The notes under the pieces: generated by a model
Seen by the model: the letters and a program-made list of their open reading frames with translations, nothing else
Database searches by the model: none
Told to the model about the DNA's origin: nothing
Position numbers and translations under genes: made by a program
Part shown: positions 20,047 to 28,990 of the stretch, one piece after another
How the letters are laid out: the number at the start of each line of letters is the position of its first letter
How positions within the stretch are numbered: the stretch's first letter is position 1
IMG/VR virus record: IMGVR_UViG_3300020385_000010
From: an uncultured virus (IMG/VR IMGVR_UViG_3300020385_000010)
Taxonomy: Duplodnaviria; Heunggongvirae; Uroviricota; Caudoviricetes
Direction: 5' to 3' (one strand)
DNA length: 64,000 bases

Positions 20047-22283
20047 AAAGAATACTTTATATACTATTACTTTCTGGTCTGACATCTAACGCTCAAGATA
20101 GCGTGTTTGTTGACTGCATAGGAACTGAAGCTCCAATTAATTGGTTAGGTGATGGTTATTGTGATAATGGTGCGTATACATGGAACGGTAGTGCTATTAA
20201 TTTTAACTGCGAAGAGTTTGGTTATGACGCAGGAGATTGCCCTTTACCTATAGATACAGTTTATGGTTGTATAAATATGTTAGCATTAAACTATGTTCCT
20301 GAAGCAACAATTGATGATGGTTCATGCGAGTTTCCTGTATTTGGATGTACAGACCCAGAGGCTCCTAACTTCAACCCTTGGGCGCAAGCAGATGATAACA
20401 GCTGTGTTGGTGTAAGCTGTTCTGACGGTGAAGCTAAAATGATTTTAGAACTTACGTTAGACCAATACCCTAGCGAAACGGGGTGGATATTAACAGACAT
20501 AACTACAGGACAACCTGTAGATAATGTAGTGGCAGGAGAGTATTCTTATGAGCAATCTAATCAAACTATTATATACGACTTATGTGTACCTGAAACTGGT
20601 GTAGAACTTATATTAAGTGATATATACGGTGATGGTTTAGAGGGTTCTTTATATAACAGCACAGATGGAGGCTTTGTAATGCTTGGAGACGCAGAGCCTT
20701 GTGGTAGCTTAGATACGTTATGGGTATTAGAAGACGCTGCCTTTGGTAGTGCTGCATACTCAGGACCTATATGGTTACAACAGTGCGATATACCTGCACT
20801 TGAAGGATGCACTAACAACTCTTATATAGAGTTTAATCCAGATGCAAACTTTGATGACGGTTCTTGCGAAACATTACATACATTAGGGTGTATAGACGAA
20901 AATGCTTTTAATTACAACCTAAACGCTACATTAAACGAGGTTATACCTGTCTGCGAGTACACTCTTATTATAGAGGATGACGCAGCTGATGGTTGGGGAG
21001 ATTGTTATATAGGGATAGCGCAAGAAGACAGCATACTTGGGACATATACAATGGGACCAGGAGAATATTCACAACAGTTTGACATAACATTATATACAGA
21101 TAAACCAGTTAAGGTTTATTATTTTGAAATAGCTAGCTCACAAACTCCCCCTGCAGAAGTCGCTTTCCAGACTATGCACAATTCATTTAGACTTATTAAC
21201 TCATCAGGTGACATAACGCTACAAGGCGGGATGTATCCATTTGCTGATAATGGAGTTGGAGCTTTACAAGCTTATGCACCACCTTTTTGGCATGTGTACC
21301 ATAGTATTCCTTATTGCGGAGATTATTGTGTACCAAAAGTATATGGGTGTACGGATGAACAATCTTTAAACTACGATGCAACAGCAAATACCAATGATGG
21401 TGGCTGTATAGACGTTATACAAGGTTGTACCGCACCCTTCGCATTTAACTACGACTCTATCGCAAATGTTGACGATGGAAGTTGTGTCGCTATAATATAT
21501 GGTTGTATGGACTCTAGCGCTTGGAATTACAATCCTTTTGCTAATACTGCAGAAGAATCTTGCCTACACTTTGGTTGTATGGATTTATTAGCTGATAACT
21601 ATGACCCTATAGCTAATGTAGAGCTTGAAGGAGCTTGTTTTACAACAGTTCTTGGTTGCACTGACCCAGAAGCTTTTAATTATAATATAGACGCTAACAC
21701 AGAGGATTTTAGTTGTATTCCTTTTATTTATGGATGCATGGATTCTACAGCGTTTAATTATGATGCAAATGCAAACGCAGGAGCAGAATGTGAAATGATT
21801 GTAGAAGGGTGTATGAACACTGATGCGTACAACTATGACGCATTTGCTAATACAGATGCTGAGTGTTTATACGATGCAGGTTGTATTGATGGGCCTGGTA
21901 TACCATATTGGCTAAACGATACATGTTATGCTTGGGTAATTATGGTAGACCCTTTTTGCTGTAACAACGAGTGGGATGAAAAATGTCAGCAACTATATTG
22001 GTCTTGCAGCTCAGATAGTGAGTTAGACACTAGAGATTTGTTAAGAGGACATAATGTAGTTATATATCCTGTTCCAGCTAAAGACTTATTAAACATATTA
22101 ACTAACGGTAAGTTTAGTGCAATTGTATATAATTCGTTAGGAAAGATTGTAATTAAAATTAAAGAAAGCCAAACTCAAGAAGGGTTAAATCAGCTAGATG
22201 TAAGTCTTTTAGAATCAGGTGTATACTATTTTAGCGTAACATATGATGGAGTTACAACTACTAAAAGCGTATTAAAGAGATGA
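20043..22283 (+). CDS. Secreted Cys-rich repeat protein with a T9SS type A C-terminal sorting domain
   Basis: Signal peptide ending SNA-Q; an LNR-like WLGDGYCD...GDC motif; about 11 GCx[D/N]xxAxN[Y/F] repeats; C-terminal IYPVPAKD...IVYNSLGK...LDVSLLESGVYY...TKSVLKR. Confidence 0.85.
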   Translation: MKRILYILLLSGLTSNAQDSVFVDCIGTEAPINWLGDGYCDNGAYTWNGSAINFNCEEFGYDAGDCPLPIDTVYGCINMLALNYVPEATIDDGSCEFPVFGCTDPEAPNFNPWAQADDNSCVGVSCSDGEAKMILELTLDQYPSETGWILTDITTGQPVDNVVAGEYSYEQSNQTIIYDLCVPETGVELILSDIYGDGLEGSLYNSTDGGFVMLGDAEPCGSLDTLWVLEDAAFGSAAYSGPIWLQQCDIPALEGCTNNSYIEFNPDANFDDGSCETLHTLGCIDENAFNYNLNATLNEVIPVCEYTLIIEDDAADGWGDCYIGIAQEDSILGTYTMGPGEYSQQFDITLYTDKPVKVYYFEIASSQTPPAEVAFQTMHNSFRLINSSGDITLQGGMYPFADNGVGALQAYAPPFWHVYHSIPYCGDYCVPKVYGCTDEQSLNYDATANTNDGGCIDVIQGCTAPFAFNYDSIANVDDGSCVAIIYGCMDSSAWNYNPFANTAEESCLHFGCMDLLADNYDPIANVELEGACFTTVLGCTDPEAFNYNIDANTEDFSCIPFIYGCMDSTAFNYDANANAGAECEMIVEGCMNTDAYNYDAFANTDAECLYDAGCIDGPGIPYWLNDTCYAWVIMVDPFCCNNEWDEKCQQLYWSCSSDSELDTRDLLRGHNVVIYPVPAKDLLNILTNGKFSAIVYNSLGKIVIKIKESQTQEGLNQLDVSLLESGVYYFSVTYDGVTTTKSVLKR

Positions 22284-23377
22284 AAAGATTATTAAAAAAA
22301 GTTACGCCTGCAATAGCTTATATGTTTTTTTGGTTAGGTATGGCTGTAGCGTGGACTATATTATTTATACTTATATCAACTAATAGTAGCGCACAAGGGT
22401 TACATAAAATATTTAAGTATTCTACTGTATATACTGCAGTAAATGGAGGTACGTCATTAAGTGATAATCAAATCTGGTCTGTAACATCTGGAGCTTTAGA
22501 AGAAAACATTATACAAACTCCCTTTGATTATACTTTATCCATAGGTATTAGAAAAATAAAACGATTTGGATATGAGAACAGAGCCAACACTTTTTATAAT
22601 GGTACGGAAAATTCTTACTCAGATGCCGCTACAATTGGTAGAGTTGATGGTTTTGAATATTTATTTGAAGCTGACTTTGTAAGGCGTTTAGGTATTAACT
22701 ACACTAATCAACATCATTTTGTAAGATATGTTGCTGACAAGTGGGTTAGTAAAGTAGAGTATTTAGAAGATGGATTTGCAGACATAAAATACTTTGAAGC
22801 ATCAGAGAGGTTTAGATTAAAAGTAAGGGCTGGCAAGCTTTCGCTTAACGGGGGTTTAGTTCAAAGACTTGCCGAACCTTACGGTTTTGACCCCTTAGCA
22901 GACTGGGTATTAGATAACGGTACTTTACATTATACATACCTAGCTCTGCAAGAAGGGTACAACATCACTCTAGGGGGAGAGTATTTTTCTCCTGACGGAC
23001 AGCTTGTAGCTAACAGCCAAGAGGTATGGGAAGAGGTTGTAATACCTGAAGTTATAAATAATTATGTAGAAAAACAAAGAAACTCTATAAAAAATATAGT
23101 AGAATATTCTTTTGTATTAGGGTTTGATTATTATCATTTTACAAAAGATTTTTGGTTACATAGCTGGGGTAATGTTATGCCATACCACGTAAACACTAGG
23201 AGTGCGTACTCATACTACGAATTTAATGAAGGTCAATGGGTTGACTACTCAGGTGGGTTAATCTTTGGGTATAAGTTTAACAAAAGTTTAGGTATATTTG
23301 TAGAGGGTAAGTACAATAAATACTGGAATAGAAAATGGCACAACTTTAGTGTAGGTTTTAATTATGTAATATTTTAA
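22280..23377 (+). CDS. Putative outer-membrane beta-barrel protein
   Basis: Signal peptide ending SSA-Q; alternating aromatic beta strands; C-terminal BAM-type signature FSVGFNYVIF. Confidence 0.65.
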   Translation: MKRLLKKVTPAIAYMFFWLGMAVAWTILFILISTNSSAQGLHKIFKYSTVYTAVNGGTSLSDNQIWSVTSGALEENIIQTPFDYTLSIGIRKIKRFGYENRANTFYNGTENSYSDAATIGRVDGFEYLFEADFVRRLGINYTNQHHFVRYVADKWVSKVEYLEDGFADIKYFEASERFRLKVRAGKLSLNGGLVQRLAEPYGFDPLADWVLDNGTLHYTYLALQEGYNITLGGEYFSPDGQLVANSQEVWEEVVIPEVINNYVEKQRNSIKNIVEYSFVLGFDYYHFTKDFWLHSWGNVMPYHVNTRSAYSYYEFNEGQWVDYSGGLIFGYKFNKSLGIFVEGKYNKYWNRKWHNFSVGFNYVIF

Positions 23378-23380
23378 AAA

Positions 23381-23665
23381 ATGACAAAAGAATTAAGTGA
23401 AGAAACATCTTTTAATATAAGCTTAAAAACATTAGCTGGAATAGCAGTTCTTATATTTACCCTAGTAGGTATGTGGTTTACTCTTCAAAATGATATAGCA
23501 GAAGCTAAAGAATTACCTCTCCCTCTCGACCCTGAGATTACACGCATGGAGTATGACATGAAAGACCAGTTAATTCGCCAAACAATTATGTCTACACAAG
23601 ACGATGTTAAAGAAATAAAAACACAAATGCTGAGGATGGAAGATAAGATTGACCAATTAAAATAA
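23381..23665 (+). CDS. Single-TM protein with C-terminal coiled coil
   Basis: TM LAGIAVLIFTLVGMWF, then a heptad-rich tail. Confidence 0.6.
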   Translation: MTKELSEETSFNISLKTLAGIAVLIFTLVGMWFTLQNDIAEAKELPLPLDPEITRMEYDMKDQLIRQTIMSTQDDVKEIKTQMLRMEDKIDQLK

Positions 23666-23669
23666 GGTT

Positions 23670-24011
23670 ATGAAAAAAATAATTAGTATATTCCTGCTGT
23701 TTTTATCAACAAACGTTTGTTCACAAGATTTCCCTAGCGGGTTACATGTAGTAGAATTTAATGCTAGTTTTAATTCTGCAAACGCAATAGCTTGGTTGCC
23801 TAAGCTTACAGATTGCGAAACACAGCGTGTTGATATAGCAGCTGACTCAAGATGGGCAAGCGAATATAAAATAGTAGTAGTACCTACATTAGTTGTATTT
23901 AATAACAACGAAGAGATTAAAAGATTTCAAGCCAACATTATGATGACTATGGAGGCTACTAAAAAAGAAGTACAAGAGTCTATAGATGGTATAATAATGG
24001 AAGCATTTTAA
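23670..24011 (+). CDS. Exported thioredoxin-fold protein lacking CxxC
   Basis: Signal peptide; VVEFNASFN, RVDI, YKIVVVPTLVVFNNNEEIKRF thioredoxin pattern. Confidence 0.7.
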   Translation: MKKIISIFLLFLSTNVCSQDFPSGLHVVEFNASFNSANAIAWLPKLTDCETQRVDIAADSRWASEYKIVVVPTLVVFNNNEEIKRFQANIMMTMEATKKEVQESIDGIIMEAF

Positions 24012-24014
24012 TAA

Positions 24015-24482
24015 ATGAGACTAAGTAAGAATTTTACGTTATCAGAAGTTACTAGAAGTAACACTGCTAAAAGATTAAGTATAGATAATACTCCAAAGAA
24101 CGCTCACTTAAAAAGTATGCAGCGTCTTATAACTAATCTTATACAACCTATGCGTGATGAGATTGGCCCTATTAGGATTACATCAGGTTATCGTAGCCCA
24201 GAATTGAATCGTGCTATAGGAGGAAGTAAAAAATCACAACATAGTAAAGCTGAAGCTGTTGACATACAGTTTTGGTCTAAAGGTCAAATGGATAACAAAG
24301 TTATTTATGATTGGGTTATTAAATCTAATATAGAATTTGACCAAATGATAAATGAATTTGACTTTGCTTGGATACATATATCATTAAAAGAAAAAAATAA
24401 TAGAAAAGAAATATTAGAAGCATATAAAGATAAAGATGGTGATACCTCTTATAGATATGCTGATACATATACTACACTATGA
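24015..24482 (+). CDS. Peptidase M15 family endolysin
   Basis: ITSGYRSPELNRAIGG..SQHSKAEAVD...WIHIS zinc ligands. Confidence 0.9.
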   Translation: MRLSKNFTLSEVTRSNTAKRLSIDNTPKNAHLKSMQRLITNLIQPMRDEIGPIRITSGYRSPELNRAIGGSKKSQHSKAEAVDIQFWSKGQMDNKVIYDWVIKSNIEFDQMINEFDFAWIHISLKEKNNRKEILEAYKDKDGDTSYRYADTYTTL

Positions 24483-24865
24483 GTAAATTATTAAACTTTT
24501 TAGGTGGAGGAGTTGTTAAGCAGGTCGGTGATGTGCTTGATAATTTAACTACATCTAAAGAAGAAAAACTAGAAGCTCAACGTAAGATAAAAGAAGTTCT
24601 TATGCAAGCCGAATCTCAGGCACAACAAGAAGTCACAAAGCGATGGGAAGCTGACATGAAGTCTGATAACTGGCTTTCTAAGAACATAAGACCTTTAATT
24701 TGTATATTCTTAACGGCAATGTTTGTTGTTATATCTATATTTGATGGAAATGCAGGGGGTTTCAAAATAGCTCCAGCATATGTTCCGATTTATCAAACAC
24801 TTTTAATAACTGTATATGGAGCTTACTTTGCTGGAAGGTCTATAGAAAAGATTAGAAAGAAGTGA
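24479..24865 (+). CDS. Holin, 3TM (GTA-type) family
   Basis: RWEADMKSDNWLSKNIRP...YFAGRSIEK. Confidence 0.8.
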   Translation: MSKLLNFLGGGVVKQVGDVLDNLTTSKEEKLEAQRKIKEVLMQAESQAQQEVTKRWEADMKSDNWLSKNIRPLICIFLTAMFVVISIFDGNAGGFKIAPAYVPIYQTLLITVYGAYFAGRSIEKIRKK

Positions 24866-25242
24866 TTGAATACTTAATTATACATTCTACAGGAACAGAG
24901 AAAGAATATGTGCCTGAGAAAAAAGAATATAATTTAAGCGTATCTTGCGATATAGTCCACTTTAATGGACAGCTTTCAAGGTACAAAGCGGAGTCAGAGC
25001 ACCCATCTAGTAACGAGACTTACAAGCATATAGCATACATAGGTGGCAAACTTGATGGCAAAGCATCTGATACCGCTACCTGGAAGCAATACGATAGCCT
25101 AGAGCACGTAGTGATGTATCACCTACTATATAATCAAAATTTAAAAGTAGGATGTTCATCACTTTTTTTTGATACCTCAGCAGGGATAGATGTAAGAAAG
25201 TGGTTAGAAGATATAGGAGTTAATTTAAAAAATATAATGTAA
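24862..25242 (+). CDS. Degenerate N-acetylmuramoyl-L-alanine amidase-like protein
   Basis: IEYLIIHST, HIAYIGG and T.KQYDSL resemble T7-lysozyme-type amidases; later catalytic motifs look eroded. Confidence 0.5.
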   Translation: MIEYLIIHSTGTEKEYVPEKKEYNLSVSCDIVHFNGQLSRYKAESEHPSSNETYKHIAYIGGKLDGKASDTATWKQYDSLEHVVMYHLLYNQNLKVGCSSLFFDTSAGIDVRKWLEDIGVNLKNIM

Positions 25243-25388
25243 TGCGAAGACTAGAAATAGGTTTATATACAGGTATTCTTTTTGGTTTTAGAACTTTTGA
25301 GCCATCTGAGACTCACCCATACTGGGAGCACCATTTTTACCTACCTCTTTTTTATTTTGCTTTTTTATTTGAACCAAAAGAACTTTAG
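25242..25388 (+). CDS. 48-aa hypothetical protein (not in the ORF track)
   Basis: MRRLEIGLYTGILFGFRTF...YLPLFYFAFLFEPKEL; overlaps the previous stop (TAATG). Confidence 0.55.
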   Translation: MRRLEIGLYTGILFGFRTFEPSETHPYWEHHFYLPLFYFAFLFEPKEL

Positions 25389-25390
25389 TA

Positions 25391-25669
25391 ATGGCAAGAA
25401 ATACATTAGCTGGAAAAAGTAAAGGTAAAAGCAAAAGCGCAAAGTACTACGCTGCAAATCCTGAGGCTAAAAAAAAGAAACAGGCTTACGATAAAGCATA
25501 TCATTCTACACCTGAGCGTAAAAAGTATAGAGCTAAGCTAAACAAAGCTAACAGAAAGGCTAAGACTTACGGAAATAAAGACGGTAAAGATATGTCTCAC
25601 ACTAAAAAAGGTAAGTTAGTAAAAGAAAAGCAATCTAAAAATAGAGCAAGAAATCGTGGAAAAAAATGA
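25391..25669 (+). CDS. Small basic protein, remotely HNH-like
   Basis: Lys/Arg-rich; GKDMSH...SKNRARN. Confidence 0.55.
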   Translation: MARNTLAGKSKGKSKSAKYYAANPEAKKKKQAYDKAYHSTPERKKYRAKLNKANRKAKTYGNKDGKDMSHTKKGKLVKEKQSKNRARNRGKK

Positions 25670-26966
25670 TAAAATCAGGGAGTACTTAATAAACATGCCT
25701 GAAAAGCTTCGGAAAGATTATTCTGAAACTGCAAAAAAGTTTGATAGTACATACGAACAAGTAAGAAGTATTGCAAGACGCTTAAGATTGCAATTTGAAA
25801 ATCAATTTGAAATAAGTCAAAACTCATCTATTAATGATGAGAAAATAACTAAGAATGAACAAAAAGATTCTTTAGTTATTTCTGTTGAAGACAGTAAAAG
25901 AGTTAAATCTCTTGATGACCTTATAAAAAACTGCAGTGTAGATTTAGATACCTGGGAAGTTGATTGGTTTGATATAGGTACATATGAAGTTACGGGGTTT
26001 GATAACGACAGGAAGCCTGTTACCGTAACAATGTATAGAACTAAAGCTAAGTTTAAGAAGATTAACATCTGGGAAAATTTAACTAAATTAAGGGAAGATT
26101 TAAAACAAGACTTATTCGAAACTTTTTCATCCTATGCATTTAAACCTACTTTTAAAAATAATACAAAAGATGAAGAAGGATATTTGCTTGAAATTGGGGC
26201 ATACGACTTGCATCTTGGTAAGTTGGGCATTGACGGTGATGATTATTCTCTTGATGTGGCTAGGACTAGGCTTCACAATGCTATTGATTCCCTTTTTCAC
26301 AGAGCGAGAGGATTCAAAATCGAAGAAATAGTATTTGTAGTAGGTAATGATTTCTTAAATATAGATAAAGCTAATCCATTTGCTTCTACTACTAAAGGTA
26401 CGCCACAAAACAATTCTGTTTCTGCTTATGACGCTTATAGGTATGGTAGAAAGTTGCTAGTTGAATGTATCAATATGCTCTCTTCTCTTGCTCCTGTTCG
26501 GGTTGTCGTAATCCCAGGTAATCATGATGAGGAATCTATGCTACATATGGGTGATGCACTAGAAGCTATATACGAAAAAACAGAGCACATAACTGTAGAC
26601 AACAGCAGACCTTTAATGAAAGGATATGTATACGGAGAGTGCTTACTTATATTCGACCACGGACATAGAGTAAAGAACTATAAGAATTTAGCCTCTGTAA
26701 TCTCTCAACGCTTTCGTGAGGTATGGAGTAAAGTAAAACACATTGAAGTCCATAGAGGACACCTACATAGCCTTAAAACGAATATTATGGGACAAGTAGA
26801 AGAACTCAATGGTATTGCAGTAAGGCACTTAGGAAGTATGTCACCTACTGACCAATGGCATGATGATAGTGGATATATATCTTCACATAAGAGAGCACAT
26901 GCATTTATATGGCACAAGACTAAAGGAATGCAGTGCGAGTACTACTACAACGTACCTATTAAATAA
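25656..26966 (+). CDS. Calcineurin-like metallophosphoesterase with N-terminal HTH-like region
   Basis: DLHLG, GNDF, GNHD, HGH and GHLH motifs; GTG start. Confidence 0.85.
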   Translation: MEKNDKIREYLINMPEKLRKDYSETAKKFDSTYEQVRSIARRLRLQFENQFEISQNSSINDEKITKNEQKDSLVISVEDSKRVKSLDDLIKNCSVDLDTWEVDWFDIGTYEVTGFDNDRKPVTVTMYRTKAKFKKINIWENLTKLREDLKQDLFETFSSYAFKPTFKNNTKDEEGYLLEIGAYDLHLGKLGIDGDDYSLDVARTRLHNAIDSLFHRARGFKIEEIVFVVGNDFLNIDKANPFASTTKGTPQNNSVSAYDAYRYGRKLLVECINMLSSLAPVRVVVIPGNHDEESMLHMGDALEAIYEKTEHITVDNSRPLMKGYVYGECLLIFDHGHRVKNYKNLASVISQRFREVWSKVKHIEVHRGHLHSLKTNIMGQVEELNGIAVRHLGSMSPTDQWHDDSGYISSHKRAHAFIWHKTKGMQCEYYYNVPIK

Positions 26967-26992
26967 CTACTGTGCATTGCTTATGGGTAAAC

Positions 26993-27020
26993 AAAAAGCT
27001 ACTTGCGTAGCCTCTTATTT
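26993..27020. terminator. Short hairpin at the convergence of the two arms
   Basis: GCTAC-TTGC-GTAGC flanked by AAAA and CTCTTATTT. Confidence 0.4.
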
Positions 27021-27327
27021 AGTTTACAGTTTCTAAGGCAGACTCTTCTTTACCTGCTTTCTTCATTTCGTTTTGAAAATTCTGAAACTCCATGTAAGCG
27101 TTATATACATGCTCTACATTTGCTTCTTTATCTATCCACTTAGTGAACTCAATACATTGGTCTAAAGCAAAGTTATATCTAAACGCTTCTATCATTAAAC
27201 TGAAAGCCATTTTCTGCTCATCAGTAAATTTCATAACCGTATCGTTGTATATCTTTTGGCACTTATTATAATGTGCTTCTCGCTCTTTCTGAGCTTTAGT
27301 TAGCGATTCTTTCTTAGACTTACTCAT
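27019..27327 (-). CDS. Hypothetical protein
   Basis: 102-aa ORF in the minus-strand operon. Confidence 0.6.
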   Translation of the reverse strand: MSKSKKESLTKAQKEREAHYNKCQKIYNDTVMKFTDEQKMAFSLMIEAFRYNFALDQCIEFTKWIDKEANVEHVYNAYMEFQNFQNEMKKAGKEESALETVN

Positions 27328-27460
27328 ATCTTATTCTTTTTTTTAGGGCGTCCAGGCTTACGTTTATTCTGTACTTTAGCTTTAGATACCTTTTTACTAC
27401 TCTTAGGGACTTCCCTTTTCTTACAGCATTCTGTACTGCGGTTTTTATTATTCCTTTCAT
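27320..27460 (-). CDS. Small basic helical protein in an overlapping frame
   Basis: MKGIIKTAVQNAVRKGKSLRVVKRYLKLKYRINVSLDALKKRIRYE; HTH-like periodicity. Confidence 0.45.
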   Translation of the reverse strand: MKGIIKTAVQNAVRKGKSLRVVKRYLKLKYRINVSLDALKKRIRYE

Positions 27461-27545
27461 TTTCTTTTTTAATGTTGCTATACACTGCATATTCATAATA
27501 AGCGTATGCACCTATAACTATTACTACTAATAAAACAAATTCCAT
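27324..27545 (-). CDS. Small membrane-anchored basic protein with AT-hook-like KRKPGRPKK
   Basis: N-terminal hydrophobic helix, A-rich leader, ATGA coupling to the next gene. Confidence 0.55.
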   Translation of the reverse strand: MEFVLLVVIVIGAYAYYEYAVYSNIKKENERNNKNRSTECCKKREVPKSSKKVSKAKVQNKRKPGRPKKKNKI

Positions 27546-27563
27546 AATTTTGGTTTTTTAAAA

Positions 27564-27849
27564 GTATTAGGGGGGTTGCATGGACGACCAAATCTCAACT
27601 TCCCCCCCGAATACAAGAACAACCTAGCCCATATTGCTTAAAGCTAGGATTTAGCATATGTAGCACTCACGCAGCCCACTCTCGTATGTTGTGCAGCACT
27701 CACGTAGCTTGCTCACGTATTATACTCTCTGAAAACATTTAAATTCCAAAAACTCTTAATAAGTAAAAACAGAGAGTTCGACCAAGCTGATTTAAACATG
27801 TAGCACACGTACTACGCTTGGTCTATAGAGTTGTAACCGACTTGTTACA
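27564..27849 (-). ncRNA. Candidate structured RNA or leader
   Basis: Five consecutive hairpins plus a 33-nt tandem repeat in a gene-free 300-nt gap; strand assumed from the flanking genes. Confidence 0.5.
27655..27720. repeat. Two-copy 33-nt tandem repeat
   Basis: catatgtagcactcacgcagcccactctcgtat / gttgtgcagcactcacgtagcttgctcacgtat, 24/33 identical; a partial third copy lies near 27786-27810. Confidence 0.7.
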
Positions 27850-27851
27850 TA

Positions 27852-28148
27852 TTAAGAGTTAGGTCGTAACTCCTCTTCAAATCTATCATTAGTGTATCCA
27901 CACTGTGCAATTGGTGCAACATCTATAACTTTTATTTCGCATCCTTCTCTTTTTTGATGCTCTTTTTTAAGCCTGTTAAGCATGCTACTATTATATGCAG
28001 GGTTGTTTAACAGCTCTATGCTGTCTCCTATACTTACTTCCCTGCTGCTATGCACCTCGCATTTCTCTTTCAAGACGGTCTGCCCTCGTCTCTTTCCGTA
28101 GTACCTCACTTGGTACTTTATTAGGTTGAAGAATATTGGCATTTTCAT
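27852..28148 (-). CDS. Hypothetical protein
   Basis: 98-aa ORF. Confidence 0.55.
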   Translation of the reverse strand: MKMPIFFNLIKYQVRYYGKRRGQTVLKEKCEVHSSREVSIGDSIELLNNPAYNSSMLNRLKKEHQKREGCEIKVIDVAPIAQCGYTNDRFEEELRPNS

Positions 28149-28629
28149 ATTGAAATAATTTAATGTTTTTAAATATAACGCTATATATGTTTTCTACTCT
28201 AGTGGACTTAGCTCTGTTATGAGATACTGCAGTTTCTAACATATCTCTGGTTTTAAATAACTCAGGTATGCATTCTTCATCTACACATTTTTTAAGTACA
28301 CTTATGTAGTCATCATACATACTGTCGTTTATATAATGGTATCCATGTATAACTGTAGCGTGGTCTCTTTTAGTTAACAAACCTATAGCTTCTAATGTTA
28401 AAGTAGTTTTAGTTCTTAATGCGTAGTGTAGAAGATGTCTAGCTAAAACGTTCTGTCTTTTTCTAGACTTTAACATTTCTTCCTTTTCTACTCCCATTAA
28501 ATCTTCGACTAATTTAAAACATATTTTTTTATATTTACTATTATTATGGTTTTCTAATGAAACTCTTGCCATTCTTTGTTCAAAAGTTTCTCTTGACCTT
28601 ACGTAATTTTTTTCTTTATTTCTTTTCAT
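28048..28629 (-). CDS. DnaA domain IV (C-terminal HTH)-containing protein
   Basis: SRKRQNVLARH...TLEAIG...RDHATVIHG is the DnaA_C signature; no AAA+ domain. Confidence 0.8.
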   Translation of the reverse strand: MKRNKEKNYVRSRETFEQRMARVSLENHNNSKYKKICFKLVEDLMGVEKEEMLKSRKRQNVLARHLLHYALRTKTTLTLEAIGLLTKRDHATVIHGYHYINDSMYDDYISVLKKCVDEECIPELFKTRDMLETAVSHNRAKSTRVENIYSVIFKNIKLFQYENANILQPNKVPSEVLRKETRADRLEREMRGA

Positions 28630-28990
28630 AATCCCCTGATTCTATTAACCGTCCTTGTTTTGCACCAAAGTATAACCAAGCTGTGTATTGCTTGTCGTCT
28701 ACTAATACAGGTACTCTTTTTCTTCTGTAAAATACTGGATGACCTTCTAACATATCTAAGTCTTCTTTTGTTGCAGAGTTTACCTCATACAACTCTCCTA
28801 TAACTTGATGTATTTTTTCATCTTCATACAAGAAAGGTATGCTGGTATGATACAGTGCATACTTTTCTTTAGTTTTACCTAGACCTATCTTTCTTGATTT
28901 ACGAATTAAAGAGTGGTTGTGATGACCACTCCTTAATGTTCCGTAAACAAATACAAGTTCTCTTCGTTTAAACTTAGTTATATCTCGCAT
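28616..28990 (-). CDS. Gamma-glutamylcyclotransferase (AIG2-like)
   Basis: VFVYGTLR, GELYEV, LDMLEG.P..YRR, AWLY. Confidence 0.9.
   Translation of the reverse strand: MRDITKFKRRELVFVYGTLRSGHHNHSLIRKSRKIGLGKTKEKYALYHTSIPFLYEDEKIHQVIGELYEVNSATKEDLDMLEGHPVFYRRKRVPVLVDDKQYTAWLYFGAKQGRLIESGDYEKK

Noticed and set aside
23670..24011. Active thioredoxin
   Set aside because: The WCxxC site is replaced by FNSAN and only one Cys remains in the mature part.
27655..27720. CRISPR mini-array or TIGR-type array
   Set aside because: Only two degenerate units with no distinct spacers, and no Cas or Nop-domain gene is visible; kept only as a repeat.
27786..27805. SAM-II riboswitch (GCTGATTTAA...ATGTAGC)
   Set aside because: Antisense to the flanking genes, and the spacing is too short for the pseudoknot.
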